From contig WFZS01000119.1 of NCBI GenBank assembly GCA_015489465.1, forward strand, positions 1,848 through 65,847: a stretch of DNA of 64,000 nucleotides. The letters are read 5' to 3'. Positions within the stretch are counted from its first letter, which is position 1; each line of letters begins with the position of its first letter. Under the pieces are notes generated by a model, which saw only the letters and a program-made list of their open reading frames with translations, was not told where the DNA came from and did no database searches. Made by a program: the position numbers and the translations under genes. Source of the DNA: Bacteroidales bacterium. GTDB taxonomy: Bacteria; Bacteroidota; Bacteroidia; Bacteroidales; F082. Of this stretch, positions 28,866 to 37,710 are shown piece after piece.

Positions 28866-29879
28866 TTAACCCAAAGGATATTGTTTGAATATTTCTTCCG
28901 AGTTAAGCAAAATGTCCACATATTGAGCCCTTCTGTAAGCGAAAGGATCTTTCAAGGTTTTTCTTGACAACTTACCTCTGAAATCATCAATTTTTTCATA
29001 TCCTTTTTCAGACATCCACTTTTTAATGTCATCCAAAATTTTAGTTAAAACCTGAGGTCCGTTTTTATAAATCGTACTTACCACTTGAACGGCATCGGCA
29101 CCTGCCAATAACATTTTCAAAACATCTTCACCTGTATAGATTCCGGTATTGGTACATAATTGAGTTTTAATTTCGCCGTATAATAATCCCGCATAACGCA
29201 AAGGCAATCTGTTTTCGTTTTGACAACTCAGGTTATAATCAACCTTTAATTCTTCTTTGTTGATATCAATGTCGGGTTGAAATAGTTTGTTAAAAAGCAC
29301 AAAACCGTCAGCGCCAACACTTTCCATCTCATGAATGGTATAAAGAATATTAGCATAAAAAGGGCTGAGTTTAACACTCACGGGGATATTTACGGCTTTT
29401 TTAACATCCCTTAAAGTATCAATTTCGGCTTTAATTATCGCTCTGCCCTCCAAACCGAAATCACTCGGGTTGTTATAAAAATTAAGCTCCAAAGCATCGG
29501 CTCCGGCATCTTCCAGTTTTTTGGCATATTCTTGCCAGGTGTCATCATAAACGGCATTAATACTTGCTATTAAAGGTATATTAAGAGCTTTTTTAGCTTC
29601 TTTGAAGTTAGCCAAAAACTGCTCCGGGCCCGTTTGATAAAGCTCTTTATGAAAAAAAGCACTGGATTCTATGTTAAAATCATCATATTCCGATAATTCT
29701 TCACTCAATAAAAAATTTTCAAGATTTACCTGTTCTTCAAAAAGCGATTTGTAAACAATGGCTGAAGCTCCGGCTTCTTCAAGTTTCTTTAAAATATTTA
29801 TATCTATGACAAGGTTACTTGCGCCTACTATAACGGGGTTTTTTAGTTTTAAACCTAAGTAATTGACTTCTAAATTCAT
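28866..29879 (-). CDS. dihydroorotate dehydrogenase-like flavoprotein (class 1 DHOD fold)
   Basis: 337 aa TIM-barrel; LKNPVIVGASNL..., DALELNF, GADAVQVVS. Confidence 0.75.
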   Translation of the reverse strand: MNLEVNYLGLKLKNPVIVGASNLVIDINILKKLEEAGASAIVYKSLFEEQVNLENFLLSEELSEYDDFNIESSAFFHKELYQTGPEQFLANFKEAKKALNIPLIASINAVYDDTWQEYAKKLEDAGADALELNFYNNPSDFGLEGRAIIKAEIDTLRDVKKAVNIPVSVKLSPFYANILYTIHEMESVGADGFVLFNKLFQPDIDINKEELKVDYNLSCQNENRLPLRYAGLLYGEIKTQLCTNTGIYTGEDVLKMLLAGADAVQVVSTIYKNGPQVLTKILDDIKKWMSEKGYEKIDDFRGKLSRKTLKDPFAYRRAQYVDILLNSEEIFKQYPLG

Positions 29880-30029
29880 AACTTTTTTAATTAATGTAAA
29901 AAACGTGAAACTGATTTACAGCGGTAAAAATAAACAGTTCTAAAAAATTATTAACAATAATCCTTTATAAATTGATTATAAATTTCAATAATTTAACAAT
30001 TCCGGTTATTAACATAATATTTAAAGTTT

Positions 30030-30037
30030 TAGTTTTG
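30030..30037 (+). promoter_or_regulatory. -7 promoter box TAGTTTTG upstream of nifJ
   Basis: TAnnTTTG match, 83 nt before the ATG. Confidence 0.25.
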
Positions 30038-30120
30038 CATCACATATTTAAAAAATGTAAATATTAAAAATAGTAATAACATCAAAAGCAATAATACACG
30101 CTTTTAACAAACAAATAATT

Positions 30121-33100
30121 ATGGACAGAAAGAAAAAATTTATCACTTGTGACGGCAACTACGCTGCTGCACATATTGCATACATGTTTAGTGAAGTTGC
30201 TGCTATCTATCCTATTACTCCTTCATCAACTATGGCAGAATATGTTGATGAATGGTCTGCTACGGGTAGAAAAAATATTTTCGGCGACACTGTAAAAGTC
30301 GTTGAAATGCAATCCGAAGCCGGTGCTGCCGGAGCCGTTCACGGTTCATTACAAGGTGGCGCTTTAACTACTACCTTTACTGCTTCACAGGGTCTGCTCC
30401 TGATGATTCCAAATATGTATAAAATGGCCGGTGAACTTTTACCTGCCGTTTTCCACGTAAGTGCACGTTCTCTTGCCGCTCAGGCATTATCAATATTCGG
30501 TGATCATAGTGATGTTATGGCTACCCGTCAAACGGGTTTTGCTTTCCTGGCAACAGGCAGTGTTCAGGAAGAAATGGACTTGGCTGCAATAGCTCACTTT
30601 GTTGCTTTACGCACACGTATTCCTTTTGTTCACTTCTTTGACGGTTTCCGTACATCACACGAAATTCAAAAAGTTGAGTATTTTGATATTGACGACCTCA
30701 AAGATCTTTTCCCTTGGGAAGATGTTAAGAAATTCCGAGAAAATGCTCTGAGCCCCGAAAACCCGGTTACCAGAGGTACGGCTCAAAACCCCGACATATA
30801 TTTCCAAACCAGGGAAGCTGCAAACAGATTCTACGAACCGATTCCGGATCTCGTGGAAGAATACATGCAGGAAATAACAAAACGCACGGGTCGTGAATAT
30901 CATCCGTTTACATATTACGGACACGAAGAAGCCGAAAACATTATTATCGCTATGGGTTCCGTTACGGAAACCATTAAGGAAACCATTGATTACCTTTTGG
31001 AAAAAGGTGAAAAAGTAGGTTTGGTTAGCGTTCACCTATACCGTCCTTTCTCCGAAAAATATTTATTGAAAGCCATACCGAAATCGGTTAAACGCATTGC
31101 CGTTCTTGACAGGACAAAAGAAGCCGGTTCCAACGGTGAGCCTTTGTACCTTGATGTGAAAGATGTATTTTACGGAAAAGAAAACGCCCCTGAAATTGTT
31201 GGCGGACGTTACGGATTGTCATCAAAAGACACTACACCGGCAATGATTCTTTCGGTTTACAACAACCTGAAACAAAAAGAGCCTAAGAACCATTTCACAG
31301 TAGGTATTGTTGATGATGTTACTTTTACATCATTACCTCTTTTACCCGAGATAGACATTGCTCCCGAAGGAACATTCCAGGCTAAATTTTACGGAATAGG
31401 TTCCGACGGTACCGTTGGTGCAAACAAAAACTCAATCAAAATTATCGGTGACAACACCGACCTTTATGCTCAGGCATATTTTGCTTACGACTCGAAAAAA
31501 TCGGGCGGTATTACCATATCGCACCTTCGTTTCGGTGAAAAACCCATTCATTCGACATATCTGGTAAATACACCCGATTTTGTTGCTTGTCACGTTCCGG
31601 CATATCTTAAAAAATACGATATGCTTGACGGTCTTAAAAAAGGCGGCACTTTCCTTTTGAACAGCATCTGGGATGCTGAAACTACAAAGGAAAAATTACC
31701 TGACAGTTTCAAAAAATACATGGCCGAAAATGATATTAACTTTTATATCATCAATGCTACAAAGATTGCAGATGAAATCGGTTTGGGAAGCCGTACCAAC
31801 ACAATAATGCAGTCCGCTTTCTTTAAAGTTTCCGGAGTTATCCCTTACGAAAAAGCCGTTGAGCAGATGAAAGCCTTTATCGTAAAATCTTACGGTAAAA
31901 AAGGTGAAGATATCGTAAATATGAACTATAAGGCTGTTGACCGTGGTGGTGAAGTTGAAAAAGTTGAAATCCCGAAAGAGTGGGCTAACATAGAAGTAAA
32001 AGAAAACAACGACGAAGAAAACTTGCCTGATTTCATTAAAAATGTTGTTCGTCCCATCGAAAAACTTGAAGGTGACAAACTTCCCGTTTCAGCTTTCTTG
32101 GGACGTGAAGACGGAACATTCCCTCCCGGAACGGCCGCTTACGAAAAACGTGGTGTTGCCGTAACGGTTCCGGAATGGCAAGCAGAAAACTGTATCCAGT
32201 GTAACCAATGTGCTTATGTTTGTCCTCACGCCGCTATACGTCCGTTCCTTGTTGATGAAGAAGAAGAGGCAAATGCACCAGAAGGTATGAAATTCATAGA
32301 AACTAGAGGTAAGATGAAACCTCTTAAATTCCGTATCCAGGTTAGTGTACTCGACTGTACAGGTTGCGGTAGCTGTGCCGATGTTTGTCCATCTAAAGAA
32401 AAATCGTTGATAATGGTTGAAACGGAAACTCAAATGAAAGAAGTTGAGAATTGGGATTACCTTATCAACAACGTTAAACCCAAGAAAGACAAATTCGATA
32501 AATTCAAATCGTTTAAAGACAGCCAATTTGCTCAACCATTATTTGAATTCTCGGGAGCTTGTGCAGGTTGTGGTGAAACACCTTATATCAAACTTGCAAC
32601 ACAACTTTACGGCGACAGAATGGTAATTGCCAATGCAACGGGTTGTTCTTCAATATACGGCGCTTCGGCTCCTTCAACACCTTATACGGTAAACGATGAA
32701 GGAAGAGGTCCGGCTTGGGCAAACTCATTGTTTGAAGATAATGCCGAATACGGTTTCGGTATGGCTACGGCTGAAAGAAAAATCCGTGAAAGATTACAAA
32801 GGTTGATGGAAGAAGATCTGGCCAACGGTGCTACCGGTGAAAGAAAAGAAGCTTTTGAAGAATGGTTGAGAGTTAAAGATTTGGGAGAAGAATCGAAAGC
32901 TGCCGCAGCAAAAGTTGAGAAAGTTCTTGCCAATGCCGATGACGACGTAGCCAAAGAAATAATGCTTTACAAAAAACACCTTATCAAAACATCGTTCTGG
33001 ATTATCGGAGGTGACGGATGGGCTTACGACATCGGTTACGGTGGTGTTGACCACGTACTTGCTTCGGGTGAAGATGTAAACTTGCTTGTTCTTGACACCG

Positions 33101-33657
33101 AAGTATATTCAAATACCGGCGGTCAAGCTTCAAAAGCTACCATGACAAGTGCCGTTGCCAAATTTGCAACTGCCGGTAAAGATGTTCGTAAAAAAGATCT
33201 CGGAGCCATTTACATGACTTACGGTTATGTTTACGTGGCACAAGTAGCTATGGGAGCCAATTACAACCAGTTTTATAAAGCCATTAAAGAAGCGGAAGCT
33301 TATCCGGGACCTTCATTGATAATAGCTTACTCACCTTGTATTGCTCACGGTTTGCGTCGTGGTATGAACAAAGCACAAGATGAGGAAAAATTTGCGGTAA
33401 ATGCAGGTTACTGGACTCTTTACCGCTACAATCCGCTTTTGGAACAAGAAGGAAAGAATCCTTTCTCGCTCGACTCCAAAGAGCCGGATTGGGAAAAATT
33501 CAAAGAGTTCCTCAATATGGAAGTTCGTTTTACAGCTTTGAAGAAAACATTCCCCGAAAAAGCTGCCGTTCTTCAAGAAAAAGCACTGCAAGATGCAAAA
33601 TGGCGCTACAACTTCTACAAACGTATTGCGGAAGTTTACGAGCCTAAAAAACAATAA
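30121..33657 (+). CDS. nifJ: pyruvate:ferredoxin (flavodoxin) oxidoreductase
   Basis: 1178 aa. Two 4Fe-4S motifs (CIQCNQCAYVCPH and CTGCGSCADVCP) and the TPP motif GGDGWAYDIG. Confidence 0.95.
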   Translation: MDRKKKFITCDGNYAAAHIAYMFSEVAAIYPITPSSTMAEYVDEWSATGRKNIFGDTVKVVEMQSEAGAAGAVHGSLQGGALTTTFTASQGLLLMIPNMYKMAGELLPAVFHVSARSLAAQALSIFGDHSDVMATRQTGFAFLATGSVQEEMDLAAIAHFVALRTRIPFVHFFDGFRTSHEIQKVEYFDIDDLKDLFPWEDVKKFRENALSPENPVTRGTAQNPDIYFQTREAANRFYEPIPDLVEEYMQEITKRTGREYHPFTYYGHEEAENIIIAMGSVTETIKETIDYLLEKGEKVGLVSVHLYRPFSEKYLLKAIPKSVKRIAVLDRTKEAGSNGEPLYLDVKDVFYGKENAPEIVGGRYGLSSKDTTPAMILSVYNNLKQKEPKNHFTVGIVDDVTFTSLPLLPEIDIAPEGTFQAKFYGIGSDGTVGANKNSIKIIGDNTDLYAQAYFAYDSKKSGGITISHLRFGEKPIHSTYLVNTPDFVACHVPAYLKKYDMLDGLKKGGTFLLNSIWDAETTKEKLPDSFKKYMAENDINFYIINATKIADEIGLGSRTNTIMQSAFFKVSGVIPYEKAVEQMKAFIVKSYGKKGEDIVNMNYKAVDRGGEVEKVEIPKEWANIEVKENNDEENLPDFIKNVVRPIEKLEGDKLPVSAFLGREDGTFPPGTAAYEKRGVAVTVPEWQAENCIQCNQCAYVCPHAAIRPFLVDEEEEANAPEGMKFIETRGKMKPLKFRIQVSVLDCTGCGSCADVCPSKEKSLIMVETETQMKEVENWDYLINNVKPKKDKFDKFKSFKDSQFAQPLFEFSGACAGCGETPYIKLATQLYGDRMVIANATGCSSIYGASAPSTPYTVNDEGRGPAWANSLFEDNAEYGFGMATAERKIRERLQRLMEEDLANGATGERKEAFEEWLRVKDLGEESKAAAAKVEKVLANADDDVAKEIMLYKKHLIKTSFWIIGGDGWAYDIGYGGVDHVLASGEDVNLLVLDTEVYSNTGGQASKATMTSAVAKFATAGKDVRKKDLGAIYMTYGYVYVAQVAMGANYNQFYKAIKEAEAYPGPSLIIAYSPCIAHGLRRGMNKAQDEEKFAVNAGYWTLYRYNPLLEQEGKNPFSLDSKEPDWEKFKEFLNMEVRFTALKKTFPEKAAVLQEKALQDAKWRYNFYKRIAEVYEPKKQ

Positions 33658-33676
33658 GGATTATAAATCCAAATAC

Positions 33677-33711
33677 AAAAATAGCCGCCCGGAAGAGCGG
33701 CTATTTTTTTT
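33677..33711 (+). terminator. intrinsic terminator after nifJ
   Basis: AAAAATAGCCGC-CCGGAAGA-GCGGCTATTTTTTTT. Confidence 0.8.
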
Positions 33712-33767
33712 GTATCCGGCTATTCAAAATAAAAATTTTCATAAAGAAACCAATAAAATTTTATTTT

Positions 33768-33775
33768 TAACTTTG
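33768..33775 (+). promoter_or_regulatory. -7 promoter box TAACTTTG
   Basis: TAnnTTTG match, 23 nt before ATG 33799. Confidence 0.35.
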
Positions 33776-33798
33776 TATAGAACAAAAAAATAATCATA

Positions 33799-34191
33799 AT
33801 GGAAAATACCGAAGTAAATTTAAACGAAGATCAAATTATCAGACAAGTAAGCGCCCCTTTATACAGCTCGAAAGGGTGGATGAAATTTTTGGGAATCATG
33901 CTTATTTTAACAGGTGTGTTTTACGGAATCTCAATAGTCGGGTTATTAGTGGCATGGATTCCTATTTGGCAAGGAATACTTTTGATAAGTGCAGCAAACA
34001 GACTTGATGCTTCTTATCATGCGGGTGACAAATATTCATTTTTGGAAGCACAGACAAAAATCGGTTCCTTTTTTACAATCTCAGGTGTATTAATGTTAAT
34101 AGGAATGATACTAACGATATTATTTTTCGCCATTGCAATTTCATCAGGCTTTTTAGTTGAGTATATAACCAATATTGAACAGCAATTTTAA
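33799..34191 (+). CDS. small membrane protein (DUF5362-like)
   Basis: 130 aa with hydrophobic segments; GWMKFLGIMLILTG...WIPIWQGILL resembles DUF5362. Its stop overlaps the next ATG (TAATG). Confidence 0.6.
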   Translation: MENTEVNLNEDQIIRQVSAPLYSSKGWMKFLGIMLILTGVFYGISIVGLLVAWIPIWQGILLISAANRLDASYHAGDKYSFLEAQTKIGSFFTISGVLMLIGMILTILFFAIAISSGFLVEYITNIEQQF

Positions 34192-35336
34192 TGCGAAAAA
34201 TTGAGAATTTTGAAGCATATAATCCCGTAAAACTGCATTTCGGGAAAGGTGTAACGGACAAATTGGGAGATTCGGTAAAAAATTACGGAAACAAAGCACT
34301 GCTTGTTTACGGCAAAGGTTCGGTAAAGCAACACGGATATTATGATATTGTTGTTGAACAACTCAAAAAAGCAGGAGTTGACATAGTTGAATATCCGGGA
34401 ATAAAACCGAATCCCGTAATTGAGGATGTACGTGAAGCCGTTAAAAAAGGAAAGGAAAACAATGTTGATGTTATTGTGGCTTTGGGTGGCGGAAGTGTTA
34501 TAGACTCCTCAAAAATTATTGCTGCATCACTGGCTACAGGTATTGAGCCTTGGGAAATAATGATGTGGCAAAAACATCCGGACAAAAGCCTTCCTGTTAT
34601 CTGTGTGCTTACGCTGGCTGCAACCGGAACGGAGATGAACGCCGCAGCAGTGGTTCAGAATAATGAAACCGGACAAAAAAACGGTTATGTAAACCCTGTC
34701 CTTTTCCCCAAAGAGTCTTTTCTAGACCCTTCGTTCACATTGACGGTTCCGGCTGATTACACAGCTTACGGCATTGTAGATTTGATTGCACACGCTTTGG
34801 AAAATTACTTCGGCAAGGGCGAACCGCCGGTAATTGACGCAATAACTTTCGAAATAATAAAAAACGCCGTTAATTCCGGTGAAAAACTGATGAAAGATTT
34901 ATCAAACTACAATTTGCGTGCAGATATTATGCTTGACGCAACATTGGCTTTAAACGGACTTACGCAATACGGAAAAGCGGGAGGCGACTGGGGTGTTCAT
35001 GCCGTCGGTCACGAAATTTCATTACTTTTCGATACACCTCACGGTGCAACTCTAAGCATCGTTTATCCGGCATGGTTAAAACTTCATAAAAATAAAATTC
35101 CCGGAAGGATAAGCAAATTGACAAATGCTCTTTTCGAAACGCCGGATGTTGACAAAGGAATATTAAAACTGGAAGAGTTTTTCACATCAATCGGCTCGCC
35201 GGTAAGATTAAGCGATATAGGTCTTGAAAACGAAACCGGTAAAATTTTTGAGCAACTCCGGAAAAACAAGGTTTCGGGAATGAATCATCAATTAAACGAC
35301 GAAGATTACAAAACATTGTTGGAGTTAATGAGATAG
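34191..35336 (+). CDS. iron-containing (group III) alcohol dehydrogenase
   Basis: GGGSVIDSSK; metal-binding His region HAVGHE. Confidence 0.88.
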   Translation: MRKIENFEAYNPVKLHFGKGVTDKLGDSVKNYGNKALLVYGKGSVKQHGYYDIVVEQLKKAGVDIVEYPGIKPNPVIEDVREAVKKGKENNVDVIVALGGGSVIDSSKIIAASLATGIEPWEIMMWQKHPDKSLPVICVLTLAATGTEMNAAAVVQNNETGQKNGYVNPVLFPKESFLDPSFTLTVPADYTAYGIVDLIAHALENYFGKGEPPVIDAITFEIIKNAVNSGEKLMKDLSNYNLRADIMLDATLALNGLTQYGKAGGDWGVHAVGHEISLLFDTPHGATLSIVYPAWLKLHKNKIPGRISKLTNALFETPDVDKGILKLEEFFTSIGSPVRLSDIGLENETGKIFEQLRKNKVSGMNHQLNDEDYKTLLELMR

Positions 35337-35337
35337 A

Positions 35338-35979
35338 ATGGATATTGTAGATAAAAAAGCGGAACAATACGCCTTTGAACATACCGAGGAAGAACCGGGA
35401 ATCCTGCATGAAATTTGGAGACAAACTAACCTTAAAACTTTTTATCCCAACATGGTTTCGGGTAAAGTACAGGGATGGTTTTTGCAGATGATTGTAAAAA
35501 TGTTAAACCCTGAAGAAATACTCGAAATAGGGACTTTTACAGGATATTCTGCAATAGCAATGGCTTTGGCAATGCCCCGAAACGGCAAACTGACAACAAT
35601 AGACAATAATGAGGAAATAGAGCCTTTGACAAGAAGTTTTATAGCAAAAGCAAACCTCAATGATAAAATAGATTTTATAATAGGCGATGCGGTAAAAGTT
35701 ATACCGGAGTTTGACAAAATTTTCGATTTGGTATTTATTGATGCCGACAAAGAGCAGTATGTTGACTATTACAATACCGTTTTCCCGTTTGTTAAAAAAG
35801 GCGGTTTCATTATTGCCGACAACGTTCTTTGGGGAGGCAAAGCCGTTGACGAACCTCAGAAAACGGATAAAGAAACATCAGGTATAAGAGCTTTCAACGA
35901 CCTTGTCGCCAACGACAAAAGAGTTGAAAAGGTAATGCTTACCATCCGCGACGGACTGTTTTTGATACGAAAAAAATAA
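35338..35979 (+). CDS. class I SAM-dependent O-methyltransferase (caffeoyl-CoA OMT-like)
   Basis: EIGTFTGYSA SAM motif and FIDADKEQY. Confidence 0.85.
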   Translation: MDIVDKKAEQYAFEHTEEEPGILHEIWRQTNLKTFYPNMVSGKVQGWFLQMIVKMLNPEEILEIGTFTGYSAIAMALAMPRNGKLTTIDNNEEIEPLTRSFIAKANLNDKIDFIIGDAVKVIPEFDKIFDLVFIDADKEQYVDYYNTVFPFVKKGGFIIADNVLWGGKAVDEPQKTDKETSGIRAFNDLVANDKRVEKVMLTIRDGLFLIRKK

Positions 35980-36056
35980 ATCTGAGTAAATCCTCTCTGT
36001 ATCTTTACTCGTTAATAACCGATCAAAGTTTTGGATAAAGGGATGATGGGACGAGG

Positions 36057-36220
36057 TAACTTTCCGACCTTTGGCTTTGAACAATTATGAACTTTTGAAC
36101 AAAAAATAAACTCAGAATTGAATATCGAAAGCCGAACGCCGATTAACGATTTAAGATTGAATGAATAAAGATGAAGTTGAAACCTTCGACCTTCTAACAT
36201 TCAACTTTCTACTTTCCGAC
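36057..36220 (-). repeat. cluster of GGTCG(G)AAAG-type short words shared with the 3237-3268 spacer
   Basis: Minus-strand words: AAGGTCGGAAAGTTA (36071-36057), AAAGTTCATAA (36095-36085), GAAGGTCGAAGGTT (36194-36181) and GTCGGAAAGTAG (36220-36209). Plus-strand counterparts: AAGGTCGAAAGTTCATAA (3237-3254) and TCGAAAGTAGGG (3257-3268). Confidence 0.35.
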
Positions 36221-36231
36221 TTTTAAACCTT

Positions 36232-36945
36232 TCATCGACTAACTTCTTTAACTCTCTCAACTTCAAAATTATCAAAATATGTAACCGCATCCGATTTAGT
36301 CCAAAGACCTACTTTACCGGCATTTTCAAATATTCCGTCTTTCACCTCATAAAGCTCCTTACCGTTGAGGTAAACCGTAAAAATATCACCTTTAACAACA
36401 ACTCTTAAAGTATTCCAGCCATGACCCAACGGACTGACATCCATACCGTAAGTTTTGCCTTTACCAAGAAGAGGCAAGTCGGTTCTCCTCCCGTTAACAA
36501 CCTTGTACAAAACAACATTATCCTCCAGAGGATTGGCACGTACAACATAATAATTACCTTCACCCATATATCTCCAAATCAATCCCCCTCCTTGGTCATT
36601 ATTACCCTTTATACCTTTTAACCTGACCGACATATCAACATCCTTGACTTTAAAACCGTCGTAAACAATTTCATTAAAATGATAATTGGGGTTGCTTGAC
36701 GCCATTTGAGCAAGCACTTTATTACCGCCGTCATCTTCCACTTGCCAGTGGGTTTTCCCGTTGCCGGTAAAATGTTCCGACCATCCTTCGGGTATAGAGC
36801 CAGGTTTACAATTATCAAAAGTAAAAACAGTGTCACTCGTCATTACGGACAATTTTGAATAATCGTCAAGTTTACCTTTATTTTGCGCATTGTTACATCC
36901 GGCTATTAATAAAACAGCCACCGAAAGAAACATTAACTTTTTCAT
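36232..36945 (-). CDS. DUF1080 (3-keto-disaccharide hydrolase-like) lipoprotein
   Basis: Lipobox LIAGC; concanavalin-like fold signature (...WTKSDAVTYFDNFEV). Confidence 0.8.
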   Translation of the reverse strand: MKKLMFLSVAVLLIAGCNNAQNKGKLDDYSKLSVMTSDTVFTFDNCKPGSIPEGWSEHFTGNGKTHWQVEDDGGNKVLAQMASSNPNYHFNEIVYDGFKVKDVDMSVRLKGIKGNNDQGGGLIWRYMGEGNYYVVRANPLEDNVVLYKVVNGRRTDLPLLGKGKTYGMDVSPLGHGWNTLRVVVKGDIFTVYLNGKELYEVKDGIFENAGKVGLWTKSDAVTYFDNFEVERVKEVSR

Positions 36946-36987
36946 GATTTTATAATTTTTAATTCGTCTGTTTTTTGCTTTAAGATT

Positions 36988-37710
36988 TTAATATTCAAGA
37001 AAAAATTTGACATAATCGTTGTTTGAATTTTTTATTTGTTCAACGGTACCGCTTTCCTCCACCCTGCCGTTATTGATAACCACAACTTGGTCGGCAATGG
37101 AAAAAGCCTCTCTATGATCGTGAGTGACATAAACAACGGTTAAGTTAAAATCGCTTTTCAGCCTGACTATATGCTCCAAAATACCATGTTTTATTTTAAC
37201 ATCAAGGTTTGCCAACGGCTCGTCCATAAGCAGGATTTCAGGTTGCAGCACCAACGACCTTGCTATGGCAACAAGTTGTTTTTGTCCGCCCGAAAGTTGC
37301 GACGGATATTTCTTCAATTGTGCCGTAAGCCCGAACACTTCTGCAATTCCGTTAACTTTTTCTTCAACATCCTTTTCTTTTCTCACTTTTAACCCGAAGG
37401 CTATATTTTTATAAACGGTAAAATGAGGCCACAAGGCAAGATCCTGAAATATAAATCCCAATCCGCGTTTATCCGGACTAACCAGATTTTTGCCGTTTTC
37501 GGCTACTTTTTTTCCGTTAATCATCACCGTCCCTTTTCGTATTATCTCAAGTCCGGATATAATTCTCAATAAAGTGGTTTTACCGCTACCGGAACTACCC
37601 AAGATACATGTCGTTTCATTCTTATTAATGGTAAGCGTTAAATCTTTAATCACCTCGGTTTTACCGTAGCCATAAAATATATTTTCAAGGTTTATTGCGG
37701 ATGTTTCCAT
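36988..37710 (-). CDS. ABC transporter ATP-binding protein (short form, no TOBE domain)
   Basis: Walker A GSSGSGKTT, signature LSGGQKQ, Walker B LLMDEP. Start taken at METSAINL (37710). Confidence 0.88.
   Translation of the reverse strand: METSAINLENIFYGYGKTEVIKDLTLTINKNETTCILGSSGSGKTTLLRIISGLEIIRKGTVMINGKKVAENGKNLVSPDKRGLGFIFQDLALWPHFTVYKNIAFGLKVRKEKDVEEKVNGIAEVFGLTAQLKKYPSQLSGGQKQLVAIARSLVLQPEILLMDEPLANLDVKIKHGILEHIVRLKSDFNLTVVYVTHDHREAFSIADQVVVINNGRVEESGTVEQIKNSNNDYVKFFLEY

Noticed and set aside
30044-30064. ATATTTA / TAAATAT inverted repeat upstream of nifJ as an operator
   Set aside because: A 7-bp pure A/T palindrome in a very AT-rich spacer is easily explained by chance.
28866-33657. 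Functional link between the divergently transcribed DHOD-like flavoprotein and PFOR
   Set aside because: The only evidence is adjacency across a 240-nt AT-rich spacer. No shared regulatory site or coupling is visible, so this is too speculative to report as a finding.
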